From an uncultured Rikenellaceae bacterium (GTDB taxonomy: Bacteria > Bacteroidota > Bacteroidia > Bacteroidales > VadinHA17), in contig CAYUQR010000003.1 in NCBI GenBank assembly GCA_964446825.1, positions 69,971 to 133,970 on the forward strand: a stretch of DNA of 64,000 bases, given 5' to 3'. Below, one piece after another: positions 48,004 through 55,871 of the stretch (position 1 is its first letter; each line of letters starts with the position of its first letter). The notes under the pieces were generated by a model. That model saw only the letters and a list, made by a program, of their open reading frames with translations, did not search any database and was not told the DNA's origin. The position numbers and the translations under genes are program-made.

Positions 48004-49470
48004 TTATTGAACCGATATCATCGGTGTATCGTTTTTTGCCCTGGTATGGTTCCCAAATACAAGGTTCATACCTAATCTGAAATTCAATGTATTCCAGTTT
48101 GCAGGAAGGACAATATTATTATTATCCGATACTATTTTATTCCAGTATACCGGAATCCTGTCGGTCATGATGTAAAACTGCCAAAATCCCCCCCTGACAG
48201 CCAGTCCGGCACCAAAGTTGTCATAACGGTGGTTGGTCATCGTATAACTTAAGCTTGCTGACAATACATTGCTCAGATTAGCATTCCCTGACACAGTTAC
48301 TGCTTCCCGTATTTGTTTTCCTATAAACCTGGTATATGATAACAGACCAACCGATAATTTTGAGTTGATAAGATAACTGCCACCTACGGACACACCAAAT
48401 GGAAGAAAAGTGGTGAAGGATTTATTGGTGTTAGAAATATTCACGGAGTTCTTTAATGAATCACCCATCTCCGAAGCAAGTTCGTCAAATGTCTTCGTGC
48501 CATTAATAACGTCGAGCAAATCAAAACCGCTGAAATCAAACTGGCTGTTTAAAGCTAAATTGGTAACATCTCTCTTCCATCTTATATAGCCAAGGTCAGT
48601 TATTGCAGCCGACAGTACTATATTGTCAGTAAGATCGTAAGTAGCGCCAATATCTATGCCAAGGCCAATATTCTTAGATCCGGTAAAAAACTTTGCATTT
48701 ATCCTCTTATCATCAAAAACGACACTGTCGATAATATTTTCATTACTTGTGTAAAAATCAGCAGGAGCACTTGCATTGAAAGTCATATCAGCATTAAGTG
48801 TATGAGAATAATCGTCGTTAACAGTTATTCCCATCGATTTGTTACTCAATGAAGCAGATGCAATGCCAAACAGCAATTTCCCCTTTACTCCAATCCTTAA
48901 TCTGTTAGTGAAGTTCCTTGAAAAGCCCAGTCCAATTTCGTGATAATACATCATACTTGCCCTTAACGACGACATGTCGATGGTTTTTCCGACAAATCCT
49001 TCATTCCCGTTCAGGGCAAGCTTGAAGAAATCGCCAGGAATCACAATATTTCCTTCAATGCGTTCATTGATATCAAGAAAAACATAAGTATTGTTCCCGA
49101 CAGATAGTCCGAAACCCAGGAGTTGTGTCATAACTTCAGGCTCAAAAGAGTTAAGGTCCTTTATCTTCGAAAGAAACTTATCGATAGAGGCATTATTATT
49201 GTCTTTATGAAGAAATGTAAATATCGAATCCGATGACTGGTTTTTAAGAAAGACATCCGAGAAATTAACGAAGTTGTTATTTACGTTCAGATTAATACCT
49301 GACAAAACCGGCAATCCTATATATAAAGAATTGGAGGGCCTTAACGCAGGATTTAGAAGATGATTCTGCGGCAGGTTCATGAAGTACATTACCTGGCTGT
49401 TCTGTGAAGATGCATCAGCAAATATCATCGCCAATATCAGAATCAGAAAATATTTTGTTTTCCCGCTCAT
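48004..49470 (-). CDS. secreted beta-barrel-like outer-membrane protein of unknown function
   Basis: 488 aa with signal peptide ...IFADASSQ. N-terminal SQVMYFMNLPQNHLLNPA resembles the PorP/SprF signature. Alternating-hydrophobic strands and Gly/Asn-rich turns. Confidence 0.7.
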   Translation of the reverse strand: MSGKTKYFLILILAMIFADASSQNSQVMYFMNLPQNHLLNPALRPSNSLYIGLPVLSGINLNVNNNFVNFSDVFLKNQSSDSIFTFLHKDNNNASIDKFLSKIKDLNSFEPEVMTQLLGFGLSVGNNTYVFLDINERIEGNIVIPGDFFKLALNGNEGFVGKTIDMSSLRASMMYYHEIGLGFSRNFTNRLRIGVKGKLLFGIASASLSNKSMGITVNDDYSHTLNADMTFNASAPADFYTSNENIIDSVVFDDKRINAKFFTGSKNIGLGIDIGATYDLTDNIVLSAAITDLGYIRWKRDVTNLALNSQFDFSGFDLLDVINGTKTFDELASEMGDSLKNSVNISNTNKSFTTFLPFGVSVGGSYLINSKLSVGLLSYTRFIGKQIREAVTVSGNANLSNVLSASLSYTMTNHRYDNFGAGLAVRGGFWQFYIMTDRIPVYWNKIVSDNNNIVLPANWNTLNFRLGMNLVFGNHTRAKNDTPMISVQ

Positions 49471-49489
49471 ATTAATTTCTTTAAAATAT

Positions 49490-50638
49490 TCAATTCAGTT
49501 CTATACTAGGTTTCACTACAAGGGAAGCTTTAAAATCAATCCTGTAGTCGGAATATATTTTAACATCTTTTGTACCGCCGTCAGTTGTATTGACACTAAA
49601 AATGAAAATTATCCTGTCAGCTTTGTCAATTGAACTGAAAAACTCCTGTGTGAATTCAATTTGAGTTGTCGTATTGGTAACCCCTGTAGCTTTTTCATTT
49701 CCATCAACCGGCGCGGGTTGAAGAAGGTCTGTGGCACTCACTGTTTTTAATATTGTATTTGATTGAGAATCATAAAGACTCATACTAAGAGAAACTCCCA
49801 GGGGGAACCCGTTATCGGCATTGATGTCGATTCTTAGCAATTCAAAATTTTCAGGTTTGACAGCATCATTATTATCGTTATCATTTTTCAGAAAATTATC
49901 TGTAGTATCGGCAAACTGCAGGTTGCTCATTCTTAATTCCATTGGCACACTCAGCTCAAATGAACCTTCAAGCTGATCGATCCCCAGGTCTTTTGCAGCT
50001 ATTTCTCCTTTTTTCCCAGGAGGATTCAGAGTAGCTAATCCTGAATAATGTATCATTTCAGGAGGCAGCGATATAAGCTCAGGCAGTGAGGAGTTGGTCT
50101 TATCGATGATATAAGAAGCTGAAACAACCTGGCCCGGGGTATCAGGACCGGTCAGCACAAAGGGTGTGGCTCCAAGATCGACAGATTCATTTTTTCTTAC
50201 TCCGGTCACATCCAGACTTATTTCCAGTGGCGCTGAAAATGAGTTCAAATAATTAAATTTTAATGTCGGACTTGAAATCAGGAAATCTCCCGAAATATGA
50301 TTTAAAACTTTGTCAATACCGAGATCAAAAGTGCCTGGTTCAATAGTTGCAGTCATCTCATCAAGAGGTCCCTTTGTAGAAAAGTCATCCATTGTCAGAG
50401 TGACAACAGTGTCTTTTTTGAAAACCAGTATCATTAGTTTATCCTGATCATAAACAACAGTATCAGTCGGTTTAAGCATATCGAGAAGAGAAACATCACC
50501 TTTTACGGCTGAAACAGCCCAGGTAGGTGACAATCTGTTGTTTTTGTCAAGCCTGTTCATGTCGTACTTTTCCTTTATGCAACTGCTGACCAGGAGAGCT
50601 GTGACAATAAGAATTAACAGTAATGGTCTACTTTTCAT
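49490..50638 (-). CDS. lipoprotein of unknown function
   Basis: 382 aa with lipobox LLVSSC. No family recognised by eye. Confidence 0.7.
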   Translation of the reverse strand: MKSRPLLLILIVTALLVSSCIKEKYDMNRLDKNNRLSPTWAVSAVKGDVSLLDMLKPTDTVVYDQDKLMILVFKKDTVVTLTMDDFSTKGPLDEMTATIEPGTFDLGIDKVLNHISGDFLISSPTLKFNYLNSFSAPLEISLDVTGVRKNESVDLGATPFVLTGPDTPGQVVSASYIIDKTNSSLPELISLPPEMIHYSGLATLNPPGKKGEIAAKDLGIDQLEGSFELSVPMELRMSNLQFADTTDNFLKNDNDNNDAVKPENFELLRIDINADNGFPLGVSLSMSLYDSQSNTILKTVSATDLLQPAPVDGNEKATGVTNTTTQIEFTQEFFSSIDKADRIIFIFSVNTTDGGTKDVKIYSDYRIDFKASLVVKPSIELN

Positions 50639-50646
50639 ATCCTTCC

Positions 50647-53328
50647 TTATTTAACATCTGTTTCTATTTTATAATTATACAGGAACCTGTCTGTGCCTCC
50701 GACGATCAGATGCCAGCCGCTTCTGTCTGATAGTTTCCCTATTGAGAACATCGATGCTCCTTTAAGCGGAAATCCTTTCATTGTCTCACCTTTTTTCCCA
50801 ATAAGATATATCAGGTTCCTTGCTGTGTCAAAAACTCCGATTTTCCTGTCAGAACCGGAAAAGATGAAATTGATCGGTCCCCCCAGATCATCGGATTCAA
50901 AATCTCTTTTAAATATCTCAGCCCTGTTATGGTTATAAAGATACAATATACCTTTATCAATAAAAATATATTCACCAAAACCATCGCCATCTATGTCAAA
51001 AATATCGAATGAATGGTCAGCAGAAAACTTTTTCATGCTGAATTTCTTAACTGTTCCGTCGAAATAGATGTACTGAACCGTGCCATCGGGAGATGAACAT
51101 ATTACTGCCTGTTCCGAACCGGGTGTCAGCCTCATGGCCGATCCTTTTGCCCGCGTAACAGGTTCCTTAAGGTTAACCCTTTTGTTGCCTCTTCTGTCGA
51201 GAAAATATATTGATGTTTCATCAGCCGCTACAATATAATCTTTCCCTGATACTCTGAAATAATTTATTTCTGAATTAACAACACCTGCTGTCCTGAATAT
51301 ATTCCATCCCTTAACAACATTCCCTGTTTTATCATAAGAATAGATCTTTTTGTCTTCTCCGGCAATAAAAAGCCTGTAATTCAGGTTATTATCATAGTCA
51401 AAGAGAGCCAGGGAGTTTGTTGCAGGCGATCTTAATTTAACCGGGTATCTTTCTACATAATTGCCATTCCTGTCGAGTATATGCAGATAGTTATGTCCGG
51501 AAAATAGTAACTGATATTTCCCGTTCCGGTAATAATCAATCATATAAATGAAACCTTTAATTCTTTCGTTAAGCGGTACTTTCCACAATACACGTCCGGC
51601 TGCATTAATCAGGTAAACATTGTTTCTCAGGTCCTGAATGAATATTTCCTTTGCGCCCGTAATATGATTTGTGAAAAAGAAAGGTTTTATGCACGCAGTA
51701 GTATCCAGCAGAGTTTCCCATTCAGTATTGGATTCTTCCCTGGCCACCTCTTTATACCTGACTGACAGGCTGTTATACATCATCCCGTTACTTGAGGCTA
51801 TCTGGTATCCGATTGCCTGAATTTTGCCCAGAGTTTTTTTATTTTCATTAAGTGATTTGATCAGGTTTTCATTTAAGAAGCCGGCAAGGTAGTTTATAAT
51901 ACGCGACGGGACACAGAAGAAGAAATAGCCTGCACGGCTTGGAAGAGTACTTTCAAAATCGCGATATACAAGATCATTTGACAGTGTCTTGCTTAAAATA
52001 TTGTCGTACAACAGCCGCGATATTGTAGTAAATGAATTTCCTGAAATCAAATAATTATCATAAAAAGCAAAAAAGGTATCGTTGAAGCGGGGAACAAAAC
52101 CCGGAAGAATTATTCCTGACAGTCCGCTAAAAGATGTCTTATAAACGGGAATCTTTGTCTGGTCGTCGGGCTGAAAATATAAAACCTGCTTTCCGGGACC
52201 GATATTTTCAAGGAAAATTCTTTCAGCCTCAACACGGTTGTTCAATTCATATATAACCAGTGTATTATCAGCCACAGGATTGTCTTTTATATCAATATAT
52301 GCCCTGGTGATCTCCCCGTCTGTAAATGCCCTGAGCTTGTATGCGAGATCAGCGGCATTTTGCGAAGATGCATCCTTTTCCGACACTTTGAGATCATTAT
52401 TTTCGGGAAGCAGAAGTGTTTCAAAAAGCACGGTTGAAGAAGGAAGTATTTTATAAGTATGAAACTCTTTCGGCTGAACATTTTTATACCTGTAAAGCAA
52501 ATCAAGAGAATCTTTAGTTTCGGTATAACCGCTGAGTGCCAGGCCATCTTCATTTATATAGATATCTCCGCTCGCTGTTTCTGCCAGCTTTGAAATCTTT
52601 GGGATCAGTTTCTTCCCTTCTCCTGCCATAATATTGCTAAATAAGGGAGCGAGGTTTTTAAAAACCACAAATATTTTGTCCTCGTTTTTCCCTGAAGCAA
52701 TCAATACCCTGGAAAAACCCGGGAGGTTCTTTATATCATTCTGCTGACCTAACTGGTCAACAGCTTCGGTTAAAAGATCTTCGGCATTGCCGCAAAGCAT
52801 TAAACCTGAAATAAGCGATAAATAGACTGTGTCTTTTAACGAATTGATGGTGTAAGGGATCTTAAAAACAGGATAGTCGTTCAATTTAGCATCAATTATC
52901 TCCCTTACACCCGAGTTCCTCAGCATTTCTTTAATATGCCTGCTTCTGAGCTCTCCCGTTACAGCCATAGAAAGAAGGAGGCCGGATTTACCTTTCGATT
53001 CGGGAAAAAAGGAAATGATTGCGGGGCCATCTGTTTTTAACCTGCTAAAGGCTGACTTATTAAGCTGATCGGCAATAAATTTTAGTTTCTGATTAAATCC
53101 GTCAAACTCTTTAATTGCAGCGACTTCACCAAATAATCCTTTTCCTGTTGCCAGAGAATTTATAAAGCTCTGAAGATCTACTGTTTCAATAATTATGGCA
53201 GCTTTGGGGCTGATTGCTTTATAAGGATCGGTAAATAAGGTCTTTCTACCCATCTGTAAGAAATAGACCATAATTGCAAGGCCCGCAACCAGTGCAATAA
53301 TCAGAAATATTGTTAATTTTTTCCCCAC
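50647..53328 (-). CDS. N-terminally membrane-anchored protein with C-terminal beta-propeller-like repeats, unknown function
   Basis: 893 aa, GTG start, TM LTIFLIIALVAGLAIMVYFL. The C-terminal roughly 370 aa hold at least 7 blades of type xxIYxxDxxGNxxxGxP (NVYLINAAGRVLWKVP, LHILDRNGNYVERYP, IYSYDKTGNVVKGW, IYLIGKKGETMKGFP) and an FG-GAP-like DIDGDGFGEYIF. Confidence 0.7.
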   Translation of the reverse strand: MGKKLTIFLIIALVAGLAIMVYFLQMGRKTLFTDPYKAISPKAAIIIETVDLQSFINSLATGKGLFGEVAAIKEFDGFNQKLKFIADQLNKSAFSRLKTDGPAIISFFPESKGKSGLLLSMAVTGELRSRHIKEMLRNSGVREIIDAKLNDYPVFKIPYTINSLKDTVYLSLISGLMLCGNAEDLLTEAVDQLGQQNDIKNLPGFSRVLIASGKNEDKIFVVFKNLAPLFSNIMAGEGKKLIPKISKLAETASGDIYINEDGLALSGYTETKDSLDLLYRYKNVQPKEFHTYKILPSSTVLFETLLLPENNDLKVSEKDASSQNAADLAYKLRAFTDGEITRAYIDIKDNPVADNTLVIYELNNRVEAERIFLENIGPGKQVLYFQPDDQTKIPVYKTSFSGLSGIILPGFVPRFNDTFFAFYDNYLISGNSFTTISRLLYDNILSKTLSNDLVYRDFESTLPSRAGYFFFCVPSRIINYLAGFLNENLIKSLNENKKTLGKIQAIGYQIASSNGMMYNSLSVRYKEVAREESNTEWETLLDTTACIKPFFFTNHITGAKEIFIQDLRNNVYLINAAGRVLWKVPLNERIKGFIYMIDYYRNGKYQLLFSGHNYLHILDRNGNYVERYPVKLRSPATNSLALFDYDNNLNYRLFIAGEDKKIYSYDKTGNVVKGWNIFRTAGVVNSEINYFRVSGKDYIVAADETSIYFLDRRGNKRVNLKEPVTRAKGSAMRLTPGSEQAVICSSPDGTVQYIYFDGTVKKFSMKKFSADHSFDIFDIDGDGFGEYIFIDKGILYLYNHNRAEIFKRDFESDDLGGPINFIFSGSDRKIGVFDTARNLIYLIGKKGETMKGFPLKGASMFSIGKLSDRSGWHLIVGGTDRFLYNYKIETDVK

Positions 53329-53351
53329 AAGCGGACCATTAAAAATAAATC

Positions 53352-53359
53352 CAAAAGTA
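53352..53359 (-). promoter_or_regulatory. -7 box TACTTTTG (unknown four-gene envelope operon)
   Basis: CAAAAGTA on the plus strand, 23 nt upstream of GTG 53328. Confidence 0.45.
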
Positions 53360-53411
53360 GCAAATAAAAGCTAAAAAGGCTAAACGACAGATTGTATTAA
53401 AAATTCACCTG

Positions 53412-53439
53412 ATCTTAAATTTTAATAAAAATTTAAGAT
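53412..53439. other. AT-rich perfect hairpin / palindromic site
   Basis: ATCTTAAATTTT-AATAA-AAAATTTAAGAT (12-bp arms). A third ATCTTAAAT copy lies at 53500-53508. Confidence 0.7.
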
Positions 53440-53463
53440 TTAAAAAGATGAAAGAGTAAAGTT

Positions 53464-53478
53464 TGGCACACAATTTGA
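53464..53478 (+). promoter_or_regulatory. sigma-54-like -24/-12 element (TGGCAC-N5-TTGA)
   Basis: TGGCACACAATTTGA versus consensus TGGCACG-N4-TTGCW. The -12 GC reads GA. rpoN is present in the window. Confidence 0.25.
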
Positions 53479-53488
53479 AATACTAATA

Positions 53489-53560
53489 TTACACAGGCAA
53501 TCTTAAATATATCCCTGAAGAATCAGGGCAGCCAGGTCAAAAACCTGGCTTTTATTTTTT
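53489..53560 (+). ncRNA. candidate small RNA (orphan plus-strand transcript between two minus-strand genes)
   Basis: Bounded by the sigma-54-like site and the plus-oriented intrinsic terminator. Contains hairpin CCCTGA-AGAA-TCAGGG (53513-53528). Confidence 0.2.
53530..53560 (+). terminator. intrinsic terminator oriented for the plus strand
   Basis: AGCCAGGT-CAAAA-ACCTGGCT followed by TTTATTTTTT. On the minus strand the T-run precedes the stem, so it reads as a canonical terminator only on the plus strand. Confidence 0.6.
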
Positions 53561-53561
53561 A

Positions 53562-54551
53562 CTAAAATGGCCTGTACCCTATTATCTCTCTCACGTCCCG
53601 TACGGTTTTGGAAGCGCTTGCCCTTGCTTTTTCAGCGCCTTCGGAAACAACTTTGGAAAGATATTTATTGTCGGCGAGAATATCATTGATCCTGATCCTG
53701 ATTGGTTCCGTGAACTTAATAATATCTTCTGCAAGCTGTTTTTTCATGTCACCGTATCGTATTTCACACGATGCAAATTTGTCTTTGAAATATTTAACAG
53801 TATCAGGTTCGGAAACGACTTTCATTATTGTAAAAAGGTTCTTCACAGGCTCTGAGGGTTCCTGACCTAAGGTGGTCGGACCTGTATCAGTTACTGCTCT
53901 CATGACCTTTTTCCTTATCACCTGGGGTGTATCAGCCAGGAAAATACCATTCCCTTCACTTTTACCCATTTTTCCGGTGCCATCCAGTCCGGGAATTTTA
54001 ACAAGTCGTTTTCCAAAGTTATATGCGTCGGGTTCCGGGAAATAGTTTACTTCATACATCATGTTAAACCGTCGTGCAAATCTCCTGGTCATTTCGAGAT
54101 GTTGTTCCTGGTCCTTTCCCACAGGTACCTTATTTGCCCTGTGAATTATAATGTCAGCAGCCATAAGCACCGGATAAGTCAACAGCCCGGCATTAATATT
54201 ATCAGGCTGTTTCCTGATTTTCTCCTTAAAAGAGGCGGTTCTCTCGAGTTCACCCACATAAGCATTCATATTCAGTAGAAGGTATAACTCCGACACTTCC
54301 GGAACATCACTCTGGATAAACACCGTGGCTATTTCCGGATCTATACCGCATGCGAGGTATTCAGCCAGTACCTGCCTGATATTAACATGAAGATCTTTGG
54401 ATTTAGGATGAGTTGTAAGTGCGTGATAATCTGCTATAAAAAAATAGCAATTATTTTCGGTCTGCATTTTCAGAAAATTCTTTATTGCCCCGAAATAATT
54501 TCCCAGGTGCAGGTTTCCTGTTGATCTGATGCCGCTCACAACTGTGTCCAT
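53562..54551 (-). CDS. trpS: tryptophan--tRNA ligase
   Basis: ORF to 54563 (TTG). ATG 54551 (MDTVVSGIRSTGNLHLGNYFG) preferred. KMGKS motif. Confidence 0.95.
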   Translation of the reverse strand: MDTVVSGIRSTGNLHLGNYFGAIKNFLKMQTENNCYFFIADYHALTTHPKSKDLHVNIRQVLAEYLACGIDPEIATVFIQSDVPEVSELYLLLNMNAYVGELERTASFKEKIRKQPDNINAGLLTYPVLMAADIIIHRANKVPVGKDQEQHLEMTRRFARRFNMMYEVNYFPEPDAYNFGKRLVKIPGLDGTGKMGKSEGNGIFLADTPQVIRKKVMRAVTDTGPTTLGQEPSEPVKNLFTIMKVVSEPDTVKYFKDKFASCEIRYGDMKKQLAEDIIKFTEPIRIRINDILADNKYLSKVVSEGAEKARASASKTVRDVREIIGYRPF

Positions 54552-54574
54552 CGTGTTATTCAATTAAAATTCAA

Positions 54575-54693
54575 CGCAAAGGTAATAAAAAGGCACATTG
54601 GCACAAGGGCTCTACGGCTCAAAGGTTAATTATTCCCTTGCCGTTGTGCCTATGCGCCGTTATGCCGTTGCGCCATTTTTTATTACCTTTGCG
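54575..54693. promoter_or_regulatory. mirror-image divergent promoters: perfect 17-bp inverted repeat, each arm carrying a TACCTTTG -7 box
   Basis: CGCAAAGGTAATAAAAA (54575-54591) and TTTTTATTACCTTTGCG (54677-54693). The arms flank an 85-nt spacer with GCCGTT x3 (54640, 54656, 54664). Confidence 0.6.
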
Positions 54694-54712
54694 GGATTAA
54701 ATAAAACTGGCC

Positions 54713-55051
54713 ATGGAATCGACACGACAGAAAAAAGTATCACGCCTGATCCAGAAAGAACTGGCCGACATCTTCCTGAAAAGAGGCAATGAATTTAATC
54801 ACGGGAAACTGGTTTCCATCACAAGAGTAAGAATAAGTCCCGATCTTTCCTATGCAAAAGTATATATAAGCATCTTCCCTGCTATAAATCAGAATGATAC
54901 ATTAATTGCCATACAGGAACACACATCAAAGATCAGGTTCGATCTGGGGCAGAAGGTAAGATCGCAGCTTCGGATAGTCCCTGATATCGCATTCCATATC
55001 GATGACAGTCTTGACTATATTGACAAGATAGACAAATTGTTGAAATCCTGA
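54713..55051 (+). CDS. rbfA: ribosome-binding factor A
   Basis: 112 aa. RQKKVSRLIQKELADIF...VSITRVRISPDLSYAKVY. Confidence 0.9.
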   Translation: MESTRQKKVSRLIQKELADIFLKRGNEFNHGKLVSITRVRISPDLSYAKVYISIFPAINQNDTLIAIQEHTSKIRFDLGQKVRSQLRIVPDIAFHIDDSLDYIDKIDKLLKS

Positions 55052-55056
55052 TATAT

Positions 55057-55866
55057 ATGCAGTACGAACCGATAAAAAGATCGCTGGGGAAGTTTTTTGC
55101 AAAATCAGGGTTTATGAGAAAAACCCTTTATTTTTTACTCGACCTTCTTCTGCTTCGCACATGGCATGTAAAAAAAGCGCTGCGAAAGATTGCAAGGCAA
55201 TTTCCCGGATCTGCTTCCGTGCTTGATGCCGGGTCAGGTTTGGGACAATACACGTGGCGCATGAGCAGAATGAACAGAAAATGGAATATTAATGCCGTTG
55301 ATATCAACTCTGAGCAAATAAGCGATTGCAATAATTTCTTCGAAAAACAAGGTCTGGCAGACAGGGTAAAATTCAATACCGGCGATCTCACTGAATTATC
55401 CGATCTGAACTGTTATGACATTATTCTTTCGGTAGATGTGATGGAACATATTGAAGAGGACGTAAAAGTATTTAAGAACTTTTACAACTCACTGAAGGAC
55501 AATGGTATATTACTTATTTCGACGCCTTCTGACCAGGGGGGGTCGGATGTTCACAACGACACAGATGAGTCATTTATAGACGAACATGTGAGGGATGGCT
55601 ACAGCATTAAAGATATTACCGGGAAACTTACCATGGCAGGTTTCAGGACCACAGAGGCAGTGTATACCTATGGAAAACCAGGTAATATTTCATGGCGGCT
55701 GTCAATGAAATATCCCATTAAGATGCTGAATATATCTTATCTCTTTTTTATTTTTCTTCCCTTTTATTATCTGGTTTTCTTCCCTGTTTCAATAATTCTT
55801 AACATTTTTGATCTCATATTAAACCACAAAACAGGAACCGGTCTCCTGGTTACGGCGAGAAAATAA
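55057..55866 (+). CDS. class I SAM-dependent methyltransferase with C-terminal membrane hairpin
   Basis: 269 aa. Motif I VLDAGSGLGQY, DIILSVDVMEHI, C-terminal ISYLFFIFLPFYYLVFFPVSIILNIF. Confidence 0.75.
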   Translation: MQYEPIKRSLGKFFAKSGFMRKTLYFLLDLLLLRTWHVKKALRKIARQFPGSASVLDAGSGLGQYTWRMSRMNRKWNINAVDINSEQISDCNNFFEKQGLADRVKFNTGDLTELSDLNCYDIILSVDVMEHIEEDVKVFKNFYNSLKDNGILLISTPSDQGGSDVHNDTDESFIDEHVRDGYSIKDITGKLTMAGFRTTEAVYTYGKPGNISWRLSMKYPIKMLNISYLFFIFLPFYYLVFFPVSIILNIFDLILNHKTGTGLLVTARK

Positions 55867-55871
55867 GAATA

